The notes beneath the pieces are model-generated. The model saw only the letters and a list, made by a program, of their open reading frames with translations. It had not been told where the DNA came from and ran no database searches. The position numbers and the translations under genes were made by a program. DNA of 63,417 nucleotides, the filler included, from a bacterium (GTDB taxonomy: Bacteria; JADJOY01), in assembly GCA_046331705.1 (NCBI GenBank). It is 9 parts of 9 records of this genome, joined end to end, with 100 filler letters (N's around TTAATTAATTAA, not from the genome) between each part and the next. Parts side by side here need not be neighbours in the genome. Positions count along the whole stretch, not along the records: positions 13,786 to 23,323 come from JAXLQJ010000105.1; positions 23,424 to 32,012 come from JAXLQJ010000106.1; 7 more parts are not named here. One strand, written 5' to 3'. Positions 21,145 through 30,440 of the stretch are shown here, one piece after another (position 1 is the stretch's first letter; every line of letters starts with the position of its first letter).

Positions 21145-21636
21145 ATGCTCGTGCGCCGAACGGCAGGCGGCGGGTCGAGACGAGCGCGGCGCGCGCCGCG
21201 GCGCGCCGTGGTGGCGGTGATGCTCGCGGGTCTGGTCGCGATGGCGGTGGGCTGCGGCTCGAGCTCGGTGTCGATCGCGCTCGACCCGCCCCAAGCTGGC
21301 GACCCGGCGCACGGCGCGGCGGCGCAGATCCTCATCTCGAATCTCGGGATCGAGTTCTGGGTGGGAGTCGACTCGGCCGCCACCGTCGAGAAGCTCCGCA
21401 TGAACGAGCAGACCGGCAAGGAAGAGTGGCTGATCGCCGCGGTGGTGCCCGAGGCCGGGCACCGCTTCGGCTTCTACTTCGCGCCTGGAGACGTGGACTC
21501 TCAGGAAGTCACGATCGAAGCGATGCAAACCACCCTGAGCCAGATCCGCGCGGACCCCGCGTACTACGCAGTCGGCGGCGCGGGACACCTCCCCAAGTGG
21601 GCGGTGAGCGCCGAGGTGCTCACGAGCGCGCCGTGA
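21145..21636 (+). CDS. Hypothetical lipoprotein
   Basis: MAVGC lipobox; directly follows the Ig-domain gene. Confidence 0.55.
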   Translation: MLVRRTAGGGSRRARRAPRRAVVAVMLAGLVAMAVGCGSSSVSIALDPPQAGDPAHGAAAQILISNLGIEFWVGVDSAATVEKLRMNEQTGKEEWLIAAVVPEAGHRFGFYFAPGDVDSQEVTIEAMQTTLSQIRADPAYYAVGGAGHLPKWAVSAEVLTSAP

Positions 21637-21672
21637 AGCGGGTCCCGCGCGGCGCACCGCGCGCGGAACCGC

Positions 21673-22122
21673 TCAAGTCGCGTCGGTCCGTGGCTGGCGG
21701 CGAGACTCGATCCACGCGTCGGCCGACAACGGCCCTCCGCCGGCGAAGACCAGCGCCAACAACATCGCGAGCACCAACGCGGAGAGCTCGAGACCCTGAC
21801 CGCGGGTGAAGAGCCCCTCGCGCAGGTGGATGAACAGCAGCGCGCCCACCAACGCGGGGATCTGCACCGCGGCGGCGATGCGGGTCTCGAGGCCGAACGC
21901 CAGCAGCAATCCGCCGCCCAGGTGCGCCAGCGCGACGGCGTGCGCGATCACCATCGGCCAGAAGAAGCCGTGCTCCTCCACCAGCGTGGCCACCAAGCCT
22001 GGCTCCGAGACGAAGAGCACCCCGCGCACCAGCAGCGCGGCGCCGAGGTAGATCCGGAGAAGGTCGAGTGCCACGCGCTGGCGCTCGGCCTCGTTGCGCC
22101 ACATCCGTCGGAAGCGTTCCAT
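21673..22122 (-). CDS. DoxX-family membrane protein
   Basis: LDLLRIYLG..L..RG, HLGGGLLLAFGLETRIAA, GLELS, G.GPLSAD. Confidence 0.88.
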   Translation of the reverse strand: MERFRRMWRNEAERQRVALDLLRIYLGAALLVRGVLFVSEPGLVATLVEEHGFFWPMVIAHAVALAHLGGGLLLAFGLETRIAAAVQIPALVGALLFIHLREGLFTRGQGLELSALVLAMLLALVFAGGGPLSADAWIESRRQPRTDAT

Positions 22123-22365
22123 CGCGACCTCCAGGTCGCGCGAGCCCGACCGACCCCGACGAAACCCGCAGCATCTTCCTGTCGGTCGAAGCGACGCGAC
22201 CACGACCGGGCACCAGGTCCAGCCGTTGAGCGCTCAAGGTACGCCGCCGAAGCGCGGCTCCGCAAAGCCACGCGCGCCCAATTGGCCGAGAGGATCCAAG
22301 GCTCGAATCCCGGACCGTGCGCGCACGTCGAAAGAGTGACGTCGAGCGACGAGGAGGCTCACCCG

Positions 22366-22929
22366 ATGACGGCAACCAGACGACACGTGACGCTCGGCCT
22401 CCTGGCGGTATTCCTGTCGATCCGCGTCGGCGCCGCCGAACCGACGACCGACGCAGCGCCACCGCCCAACCCCGCGATCGACATGCGGGGATTCCTCGAA
22501 GTGGCGCAGGAAGCGGCGAGCTACCGCGAGACCCGGCGTGTGAGCGAGGACGAGTTCCTGCGGCTCAGCGCGCTGCCAGGCACGCTGATCCTCGACGCTC
22601 GCAGTGAGCGGAAATTCGACGAGCTCCACGTCCGCGGCGCCATGAACTTGAGCTTTCCGGACATCGCGGTGGCGAGCCTCGAGCGTGCCATCCCCGACAA
22701 GAACACGCGCATCCTCATCTACTGCAACAACAACTTCCGGAACGCCGAAGGACCGTTCCCGAGCAAGCTTCCGTCGGCGTCACTCAACCTCTCGACCTTC
22801 ATCGCGCTCTACGACTACGGCTACCGCAACGTGTACGAGCTCGGCCCACTCATCGACATCCACCGAACCAAGCTCCCGCTGGAATCCTCCGCGCCACGAA
22901 CGGCGCTGCCGACGCCTGGCGCGACCTGA
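22366..22929 (+). CDS. Exported rhodanese-like domain protein
   Basis: Signal peptide; LILDARS..FDELHVRGAMNL; ILIYCNNN; YGYRNVYEL. Confidence 0.85.
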   Translation: MTATRRHVTLGLLAVFLSIRVGAAEPTTDAAPPPNPAIDMRGFLEVAQEAASYRETRRVSEDEFLRLSALPGTLILDARSERKFDELHVRGAMNLSFPDIAVASLERAIPDKNTRILIYCNNNFRNAEGPFPSKLPSASLNLSTFIALYDYGYRNVYELGPLIDIHRTKLPLESSAPRTALPTPGAT

Positions 22930-22945
22930 GCCCCGGGTGGCCTGG

Positions 22946-23098
22946 CTCGGTGCGGTGCCACCGTCCCTCGACTCGGTGCCCTCGGTGCGGTGCCACCGTC
23001 CCTCGACTGCTCGGTGCGGTGCTCGGTGCGGTGCCACGCTGCTCAGTGCCCCTCGGTGCGGTGCCTCGGTGCGGTGCCACCCTCCCTCGACCGAGGGC
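22946..23098. repeat. Degenerate short tandem repeat
   Basis: Multiple copies of CTCGGTGCGGTGC(C), three of them followed by ACC(G/C)TCCCTCGAC; no unique spacers. Confidence 0.8.
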
Positions 23099-23423
23099 CA
23101 AGATCCCTACTGAGCGAGCCTGAGCGGGCCGCGCGTGCGCCCCGACGGGCGCACTCGTGCGAACGTCCGGGCGCAGCCTCGGATCCGCCCCCACGGAATT
23201 CACGAACGATCGAGCGATCGGCGGAGCGGCACGCCGCGTGCGTTCGGTTCGCCCACCATGGCGCGTCCGATCCGATGGCTTCAGCCCCACACGCGCTGGT
23301 TCGTCACATCCCGTGCGCTCGAGNNNNNNNNNNNNNNNNNNNNNNNNNNNNNNNNNNNNNNNNNNNNTTAATTAATTAANNNNNNNNNNNNNNNNNNNNN
23401 NNNNNNNNNNNNNNNNNNNNNNN

Positions 23424-25607
23424 CTCGCGAACGACGTCGCCGCCATGGGGCCGGATGCGCAGCTCCGCCGCGCGCGCCGCCGGCGTTCCGATCGCGATCG
23501 ATCCGTCGCTCGACGCGGACGCAAGCCGCTGACTGCCGTCGGGACACCAGGCCAGGCTGTAGACCACGTCCCGATGCGGGCGCGTCTCCACGTGGGCGCC
23601 GAACCGCGCGCCGCCCGCCTCGCCGCGCTCGACGGCCCAGATGCGCACGGTCCCGTCGCAATAGCCCACGGCGAGCTCGCCCCGATCGGACCACGCGAGC
23701 GATCGCGCGGAGCCCTCGGAGACGCGCGCGCTGTCGAGCGCGATCCCGTCGCGGCTCCAGAGCCGGACCTCGCCGTCCTTCGCGGCCGATGCCAAGAGCG
23801 CACCACGCCGATCCCAGCGCACCAGACGCACCCAGTCGGCGTGGCCTTCGAGCGTGGCGACCGCGCTTCCGGTGGCGTCGTCCCAGAGTCGGACGGTGCC
23901 ATCCGTGGACGAGCTCGCGAGCCTGAGCCCGTCGCACGACCACTCGAGCCAGCTCACCGGCTCCGCGTGACCGGAAAGCTCGCGGATCAGCCGCACGCCG
24001 TCGAGGCGTTCCCGGCCTCGCTGCCGAAGGCGCAGCATGCGCCCGATCGCGTCGTTCGGACCTCCGGCTGGCTCGGGTACCCAGCTCTCGACCGTCGTGA
24101 ACGGGTCCGTGAGATCGAGTCGCTCGAACCCGTCGCCCTGCGATGCGGGCCGCCAGACGGCGCGCCAATCGCAGAGCGCCTTCGGCTCGTGCGCCAGCTT
24201 CCGCACCCACTCGCCGCGCAACCGGGCGCGCCCTTCGGACGGCGGCTCGGTGAGCGCCGGCTCCACGTCCTCGGCGCCGCGCACCCGATGGGCGGCGAGC
24301 CCCACGGTCTCGAGCTGCGCGTGAAGTCCGTTGCGCCCGATCTCGGCGAAACGCCAGTCGATCTCGAAGAGCTCGGCGCGCAGCGCTCGCAGCCGTGCGA
24401 ACGCGTCGAAATCGGGTAACGCCGCATCGGGCGGCGCGAACGACCGGTACGCGCGCCGCGCCTCCCCAGCGTCTCCGATCACCAGGTCGAAAGGACGAAG
24501 CTGCGGGTTGCGGTCGTGGGCTGCTGGCCACTGCCGCCGCAACGCCACGAGCGCGGCGTTGAGCTGCTCGATCTGCTCGCGGGTGAATCCGCGCTGGGCG
24601 GCGTGCTGGGCGAAGAGCCGACGTTTGGCCGTCCAATCGAGCGAGAGCTCGGTCGCGTCGTCGAGAGCGTCGAGCCCGTCGAGAACCGCGCGCCACTCGC
24701 GGCACGCTTCGCGGGCCCAGCTCGGCAGATGCACCGCGCCGTCGCCGAGGGCGCCCTCGACGACCGCGAGGTACGCACGCTGGAGCTCGATGGCGCTCGC
24801 GAGCTCGCCGCCCGCCACTCGGGCGCGCTTCGTGAGGCCCGGATCGCGCGCGAAGCGCTGCATCGCCGCGAGCGGTCGCACGAGCTGCCCGCGCGCACCG
24901 AGCGCTCGGCCCTGCTCCGCGAGCGTGATCACCAGCGCCGTGGTGGCGAGCTTGAGCCAGAGCGCGCGATCGGACGCATTCGACTCGCCGCAGATCAGAT
25001 GGACGCGCTTCTGACCTGGCGGCGCGTGGGGCTCGTCCCGGGTGTGGAAGATCGGTCGCTCGGTCTGACTGTCGCCGCCGATGTCGCGGGTCAGATGATG
25101 GACCCGCGGCGAGAGCGAGAACGCGATCCCCGGCGACGACGCATCGAATCCGCCAGCGCCCGTGTACACGATGCGCGAGACCAGGTGCGGGATCAGCACC
25201 CGCGCCAGGCCCGCGATGTCGCCGCGGAAGAGATAGCTCTCGTGGGTGCCCCACGTGCACCCGGACACGTAGTCCACGTTGGTGCGAAAGAGCTTGCCGT
25301 CGACGGGGCCGCCCTCGCTCCGCAGCAGTCGTGCCAGGATCCGCTCGCCGGCGCGGACGTAGCGCACGGCGTCCGTGGGATCGACGACCTCGGCCGTAGC
25401 CACCTCGGGGTGCCAGCCCGCGTCGACGTAGAAGCAAGAGCCGTTGGTGAGCCAGAGCCGCCGCCCGCTGGCGTCGCGCAGATGAGGGAGCGTGGATTGG
25501 GCGGCGCGGAACAGCTCCTCGACGAGCGCTCCCGAAGGGCGCGTTCCCGAGACGAACGCGAACTCGGTCTCGACGCCGAAGAACGTCCGCGCCGCCGCTG
25601 CTGGCAT
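23424..25607 (-). CDS. PafA-like Pup ligase fused to C-terminal WD40 repeats (3'-truncated by contig end)
   Basis: FFGVETEFA, NGSCFYVDAGWHPEVATAE, TWGTHESYL, RPIFHTRDEPHA, RVHLICGESN, RARLRGEWV..CDW..LTDPF, then at least four GH...LAS.S.DG.VRLW repeats. ATG overlaps the Pup stop (TAATG). Confidence 0.9.
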
Positions 25608-25807
25608 TACTGGCCTCCCTCCTGGCGGCTCGCGGCCAGGAACTGCTCGCTGTTGCCCGAGAGCACGCGGCGCACGATGTCCTGGCCCGCCGCGAGCAGC
25701 CGATCTCCGGCCGCGCGCGCGGCATCGAGCGCACCCGCCCCATCGTCCGCGCCGCTCGGCGGCCCGCCCGTCCCCGAATGCTCCCGTCGTCGTTCGCGTT
25801 CCGACAT
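25607..25807 (-). CDS. Pup-like (prokaryotic ubiquitin-like) modifier, 66 aa, ending GGQ
   Basis: GGAGGTGAGG RBS; low-complexity N-terminus; C-terminus SEQFLAASRQEGGQ resembles Pup AEDFVRAYVQKGGQ; lies between the dop-like and pafA-like genes. Confidence 0.88.
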   Translation of the reverse strand: MSERERRREHSGTGGPPSGADDGAGALDAARAAGDRLLAAGQDIVRRVLSGNSEQFLAASRQEGGQ

Positions 25808-25813
25808 GACACC

Positions 25814-27583
25814 TCACCTCCCATACGTTCGGCTCGTGCCGTGGACCGGCAGGAGCGAGTTTCCCCATCCGCGATCGGGCACGTCCTCGGCGTGAAGCGC
25901 ATCGAGGAGCGCCGACAAGCTCTCGTTGGCCGCGAACGCCGCACCCGTTCGCGCCTCGCCGCGCTGCGCCGGCCGATCGAGCCGGACCACGCGCTCGCGC
26001 GAGCGGCCGTTCGATCCGCCGCCGCGCACGTGGACCCGATCCCAATCGACCTCCGTCACCCGCTCGCCGGCGCGCCGGAGCAACATCGCCCGCGTCCACG
26101 CGCGCGTGTCCGGTGGCGGCTCGCGGACGAAGCGATCGATCTCGTCGTCGCTGACGAGGCGGCGCGACAGCCCGGCGCGATCGAGCGCCCAGAAGATCCC
26201 GCCCTCGGGATCGAGGCTCGCGTAGACGAGATCGAGGTGCTTGATCGCCGGCGAGTCCCAACCGAGCCGAGGCTCGCTGCTCACCACCTCGTCGAGGAGC
26301 GCGCGCTTTTGGACCCAGTCCAGCTCCGAGCGCAGCGCGTCGAAGTCGCGGCGGCCGAGCTTGTCGAGGGTCTCGGACCAGATCTGGACGATCTCGCGGG
26401 CGCCCGGAACGATCTCCTCGATGACGTCGCAGCGCTCCACGAAGCGTCCGACATCCTCCAGGAATTGCAGCTGCAGCTCCACCGCCGTCACCGCGCCGCC
26501 CGACACCAGCCGCGCCCGCACACCGAGATCCGGATCGTGTGACCAGGACCGAAACGCCTCGACCGGATCCTCGAGAATCCGCTCGACCCGCACCGCCTCG
26601 GCTTCGATGAGCGCGGACACGAGCTGCATGAGGCCCACGCGCAACAGCATCGACACGTGGTTGAGCGTGGTGTCGAAGCTGATGACGTGCAGCCGCGCGA
26701 AGCGGTGGTCCTGACCGCGCGAATCGTCGCGCCATCGATCCCGCTCGCCACAGAGTGCTTCGTCGCGCGTGTTGACGATGGGACGGTGGTACGTGGTCTG
26801 TGGGCCGCTCAGCGTCTCGATGAAATCCGCGCGCTGCGAGATCTGGAACGGGACCGCGGGAGCATCGTTCTCGCTGCCGACCTTTCCCTGGCCGGTGAGG
26901 ACGATCGCCGAGGCCTGGAAGGAGGCCAAGAAGAGCGCGTAGTGGAGCTTGCGGTGGAAGAGGTTCTCCCACGCTTGGCGCGACACCAGCACGTTGAGAT
27001 GGCCGCCGTAGCTCTGCCCCTGGCCGTCCGAGTTGTTGGCGAGGACCTGGATGGGCTCGTCGCCTCCACGCTTGGCGTTGGCGTTCTCCTGCGCACGGCG
27101 CGCGATCCGGAACATCGCGTGAAGCGCGGCGACGTGATCACGCGCACAGCGAACCTCCGGGATGCAGAGCTCCAGATGGTCGAGATCGATGTACGCGCAG
27201 CCGCCGTTCGACGCGAGGTACTGGCGTCCGATGTCCTGCGGGTCCTCACGCCCGTATGCGCCGTACGCCGAGCCGTAGCCTGCGCCGTACCCCGAACCGT
27301 ACGTCGACCCGTACCAGCCGCCGTAGCGGCGGTCGCTCGCCGCCGGCCACGACGAGGCGAGCGGCGCCGCGCGTTTGGGAAGCCCCTCGATTTCCGCGAG
27401 CAGCGCCCGCGACGCCTCTCGACCGCTGCCGGCGCCGGTCGTGGAGCTCGCGGACGCACCCTCGGGCGGCGCACCTCCACGTCCGGTGACGAAGTTGCCG
27501 AGCTCCACGTCTGCCCCGGTGATCTTGGGCACGAGGAAACGAACGCGGCTGCTCGGCGCTCGTGCTCGATTCGGCTTGGCCAT
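25814..27583 (-). CDS. Dop-like Pup deamidase/depupylase (PafA/Dop family)
   Basis: KITGADVELG, long loop before NGGCAYIDLDHLE, NNSDGQGQSYGGH, GQGKVG, FQISQRADFIE, RPIVNTRDE, RLHVI, PPPDTRAWTR, VDWD. Confidence 0.88.
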   Translation of the reverse strand: MAKPNRARAPSSRVRFLVPKITGADVELGNFVTGRGGAPPEGASASSTTGAGSGREASRALLAEIEGLPKRAAPLASSWPAASDRRYGGWYGSTYGSGYGAGYGSAYGAYGREDPQDIGRQYLASNGGCAYIDLDHLELCIPEVRCARDHVAALHAMFRIARRAQENANAKRGGDEPIQVLANNSDGQGQSYGGHLNVLVSRQAWENLFHRKLHYALFLASFQASAIVLTGQGKVGSENDAPAVPFQISQRADFIETLSGPQTTYHRPIVNTRDEALCGERDRWRDDSRGQDHRFARLHVISFDTTLNHVSMLLRVGLMQLVSALIEAEAVRVERILEDPVEAFRSWSHDPDLGVRARLVSGGAVTAVELQLQFLEDVGRFVERCDVIEEIVPGAREIVQIWSETLDKLGRRDFDALRSELDWVQKRALLDEVVSSEPRLGWDSPAIKHLDLVYASLDPEGGIFWALDRAGLSRRLVSDDEIDRFVREPPPDTRAWTRAMLLRRAGERVTEVDWDRVHVRGGGSNGRSRERVVRLDRPAQRGEARTGAAFAANESLSALLDALHAEDVPDRGWGNSLLPVHGTSRTYGR

Positions 27584-27606
27584 GGCTCACCTCGCGCGCG
27601 CGGCGC

Positions 27607-29298
27607 TCACGCGGCGCGCAGAAATCGGTAGCTGCGCCGCGAGGGCTTGCGCACCGGATCGATGCGCACCACCTCGCGGTCGGTCGGGAAGTCGTCGAGG
27701 TGCTTGGCGCAGTTCAGGGGCGTGAGCACGCGCACTGCGCTCTCCATCTCGTCGGTGATGGCGTCGAGCACGTCGACGAGGCCAAGCCCCGCCCCGCGCC
27801 CGTCCGCCTCGCGAACACACGCCCGCTCACTCGCCACACGCGCGACGTTTCGAAGGTGCGCCCCGTTCACCAGGTGTGACGGCTCGACCGTCTGGGTGCG
27901 CCCGTCGCGGAACGTGAGTGTCGCGAGCGGCCCGAGCCCGTTGGGCGAGAAGATCCGCGCGACCGCCGCCGCCAGGATCTCCTCGCGCGCCTCGCGCGGG
28001 TTGCGTCCCGCGAGCGTCCACGGGAGGTCCTCCGCGAACACCTTGCGCAGGATCTGCGCCACCGCCGCGCGCCCCGGACGCGGCACCTCGATGATCTCGT
28101 CGCCGAGCCGACCGGGACGCAGCGCCGCCGGATCGATGGCGTCGCGGCGGTTGGTCGCCGCCATCACCAGCACGTTCGAGCGCGGGCTCAGCCCGTCGAG
28201 CTCGGCCAGGAGCGCCGCCATCACCCGGTCGTGAACGCGGTGGTGGCCCTGCCCGCGCACCTCGGCGATGGCGTCCACCTCGTCGAAGAAGATCGCGACG
28301 ATCTCGTCCGGGTTTTCGCGCGCGATCTGGTTCGCCAGCTCGAAGAGCTCGCGGATGTTCTTCTGCGACTGCCCGAACCACATGCTCTCGAGCTCGCCGG
28401 GCCGGACGTGGATGAAGCGCGCGCGCCCCGCCGGCGAGAGTGAGCCCAGGTAGTTGGTGAACGCGCGCACCAACATCGTCTTGCCGGTGCCGGGAGGGCC
28501 GACCAGCAGCACCGAGCCGCGAGCGCGCAGCCGATAGCGCGCCACCAGCTCGGGATGATGCGCTCGCAACCCGATCGAGCGCTTCATCGCGTCGATCTGC
28601 GCATCCAGCCCGGCGAGGTCGTCGAACGTCTCGGTGGGGATCTCCGCGCAGAACCGCGACCGTCCGTCCTCGCGCTCGATGCGCTCGAACGCGAGCCACA
28701 GGCTTCGATCCCAGCGCACCAGGTCGCCCGGATCGAGGGTCTGCTCGCGAAGCGCCGCGGTGGCGGTCGCGACCACTTGCTCGTCGCGCACCTCGAGCAG
28801 GAGATCGCCACCCTCGAGCCAGCGCACGAAGCTCCCGATCTCGCCGGCGCGCGACGCCCCGCCCGGCGCCGAGGACACGATGGTGTTGAGCCCGCCCGCG
28901 AGGAGCACCTCGTCGCCCCGACGCAGCGCGCTCGGGTCGACGCCGTCGCCGTACGTCACCACACGGCGCCCCGCGTTGGTGATCACCCACGCGCCGGGAC
29001 CGCGCGCGGTGCCGGCCGCGCCGAGATACGTGGCCGGCATCAGCGGCGGCGCCGTGAGCCGCGCGTGAAGGTCGCGCAGATCCTCGAGCATTCCCTCCAG
29101 CCGCTGCACGGCCGTCGCCCGCTTCTCGTACTCGGCGAGCAGGAACGTGCTCATCTCGAGCGAGATCGGCTCTCCGAGGCGCTGGATCATGGCCAGCAAG
29201 GCCTGCTTCTCGGCGGTATTGGGAGCGCCTTCGCCGACGGCGGCGAGCTGCGCCTTCCAGACCGCGATGTCGGGATCGGTGCGAGGGTTTCGAGGCAT
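27607..29298 (-). CDS. ARC/Mpa-type proteasome-associated AAA+ ATPase
   Basis: N-terminal coiled coil ending LTAPP, OB-like region (LRRGDEVLL; LDPGDLVRWD), GPPGTGKT, SMWFG pore loop, IFFDEVD, ATNRRDAIDPAALRPGRL, ARC-like LTFRDGRTQTV...NGAHLRNV. Confidence 0.9.
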   Translation of the reverse strand: MPRNPRTDPDIAVWKAQLAAVGEGAPNTAEKQALLAMIQRLGEPISLEMSTFLLAEYEKRATAVQRLEGMLEDLRDLHARLTAPPLMPATYLGAAGTARGPGAWVITNAGRRVVTYGDGVDPSALRRGDEVLLAGGLNTIVSSAPGGASRAGEIGSFVRWLEGGDLLLEVRDEQVVATATAALREQTLDPGDLVRWDRSLWLAFERIEREDGRSRFCAEIPTETFDDLAGLDAQIDAMKRSIGLRAHHPELVARYRLRARGSVLLVGPPGTGKTMLVRAFTNYLGSLSPAGRARFIHVRPGELESMWFGQSQKNIRELFELANQIARENPDEIVAIFFDEVDAIAEVRGQGHHRVHDRVMAALLAELDGLSPRSNVLVMAATNRRDAIDPAALRPGRLGDEIIEVPRPGRAAVAQILRKVFAEDLPWTLAGRNPREAREEILAAAVARIFSPNGLGPLATLTFRDGRTQTVEPSHLVNGAHLRNVARVASERACVREADGRGAGLGLVDVLDAITDEMESAVRVLTPLNCAKHLDDFPTDREVVRIDPVRKPSRRSYRFLRAA

Positions 29299-29359
29299 CG
29301 TTCTCCGTCCTTTCCGCCGCCAGCCGTGCGGCCAACGCATGCGCGCTTCCTTCCCTGCC

Positions 29360-30391
29360 TCACGGGCTCGGTGCCGCGAAGAACCCGCGCTTCGCCATGC
29401 GGCCGAGCCTCCAGCCGAAGAGCGCGTGGCGCAGCTCGTCGGCGGCCGTGTGGGTCACCACCAACGCGACGTTCCACGCGCGCGGAAACACCGTGCGGTG
29501 AAGCGCCACGTCGTGCTCGCTCAGGAAACCTCTCGCCAGCGAGCAATCGCGCTGGCGCTCCGGCGGGCAGTCCTTGCACCCCCACGCGTAGACCACGTGG
29601 GAATGCCACCAACCCACCATCATCTCGTTGCCGCCGCGCAGCGCGATCGCGGCGCGCACGTCGGTCCAGGTCTCGGGCTGGAACGTGAGACGGGTGGCGG
29701 TCGCGAGCGTGTGGCGCGCCGGGATCTGGGCCGTGACATCGGCGAAGACCTGCCTCGTCTCACAGTCGCGGCGGAGCGCGCCGATCAAGATCCCGCCGGT
29801 TTCCTGCCCGTGATTGCGCCGGGTCAGCTCCTCGCACTCGGCCCGGATCCGATCCGGCACGATGACCGGCATGTCCCCGTCGGTGCCCTCGCCCACGTGA
29901 GCGGCGTCGGCCGTGAACGTCGCGAGCCGACCGGGAACGAGCGAGAGGCTCGGCGGCGACTCGCTCACGACCACCGCCTCGCCCTCGCCCTCGCCCGACG
30001 GATGCGCGCGCTCGCGTGGGAACGCGCTCACGAAGAAGCGGTAGCGGTCGCCGGCCGCGAGCTTCCCATCGCGCACCAGCACTTCGGCGACCGCCCGGGT
30101 CGCGTCCTCGAAGTACGAGGTCGGGAAGCGGCGCTCGATCGCAGCACCGCCCGGTGCCACGACCACCACACGAAATCCTTCCAGATACGGCGCCCCCGCG
30201 CTCGGGTGCCAGAGCGGCTCGATGCGTGCGGCGCTCGCGGGCACGGCCGCGTCCAGCTCCCCGGCGCGAAACGCCGAGAACCAGGTGGACTCGAAGGCCG
30301 GGTCGAGGTCCACGTCGAGTGGACCCGACCCGAGCGGCGTGCCGTCCTCCCGGTAGATCGAGGCTACGAACAGAAGCTCATCGGTGTTCAT
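29360..30391 (-). CDS. JAB/MPN+ (JAMM) metalloprotease with N-terminal extra domain
   Basis: ETGGILIG, GWWHSH...FLSEHD.ALH; Cys-rich insert between HSH and SxxD. Confidence 0.9.
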   Translation of the reverse strand: MNTDELLFVASIYREDGTPLGSGPLDVDLDPAFESTWFSAFRAGELDAAVPASAARIEPLWHPSAGAPYLEGFRVVVVAPGGAAIERRFPTSYFEDATRAVAEVLVRDGKLAAGDRYRFFVSAFPRERAHPSGEGEGEAVVVSESPPSLSLVPGRLATFTADAAHVGEGTDGDMPVIVPDRIRAECEELTRRNHGQETGGILIGALRRDCETRQVFADVTAQIPARHTLATATRLTFQPETWTDVRAAIALRGGNEMMVGWWHSHVVYAWGCKDCPPERQRDCSLARGFLSEHDVALHRTVFPRAWNVALVVTHTAADELRHALFGWRLGRMAKRGFFAAPSP

Positions 30392-30440
30392 GGCACCCGT
30401 CCCGCGCACCGCTCACCCGGCACGAGTGCCGGGTCACGGT

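Noticed and set aside
22946-23098. Possible CRISPR array
   Set aside because: Units are irregular, abut each other without unique spacers of constant length, and no cas genes are present.
13786-23323. Treating contig 2 genes (gloB, rhodanese, Ig lipoprotein) as part of the Ub/Pup locus
   Set aside because: They sit between the two halves only because of contig order; the 21-nt overlap joins contigs 1 and 3 directly.
23376-26972. 1198-aa ORF as a single giant protein
   Set aside because: The portion upstream of 25607 is an alternative frame over the dop-like and pup-like genes; the PafA motif starts right after the ATG at 25607.
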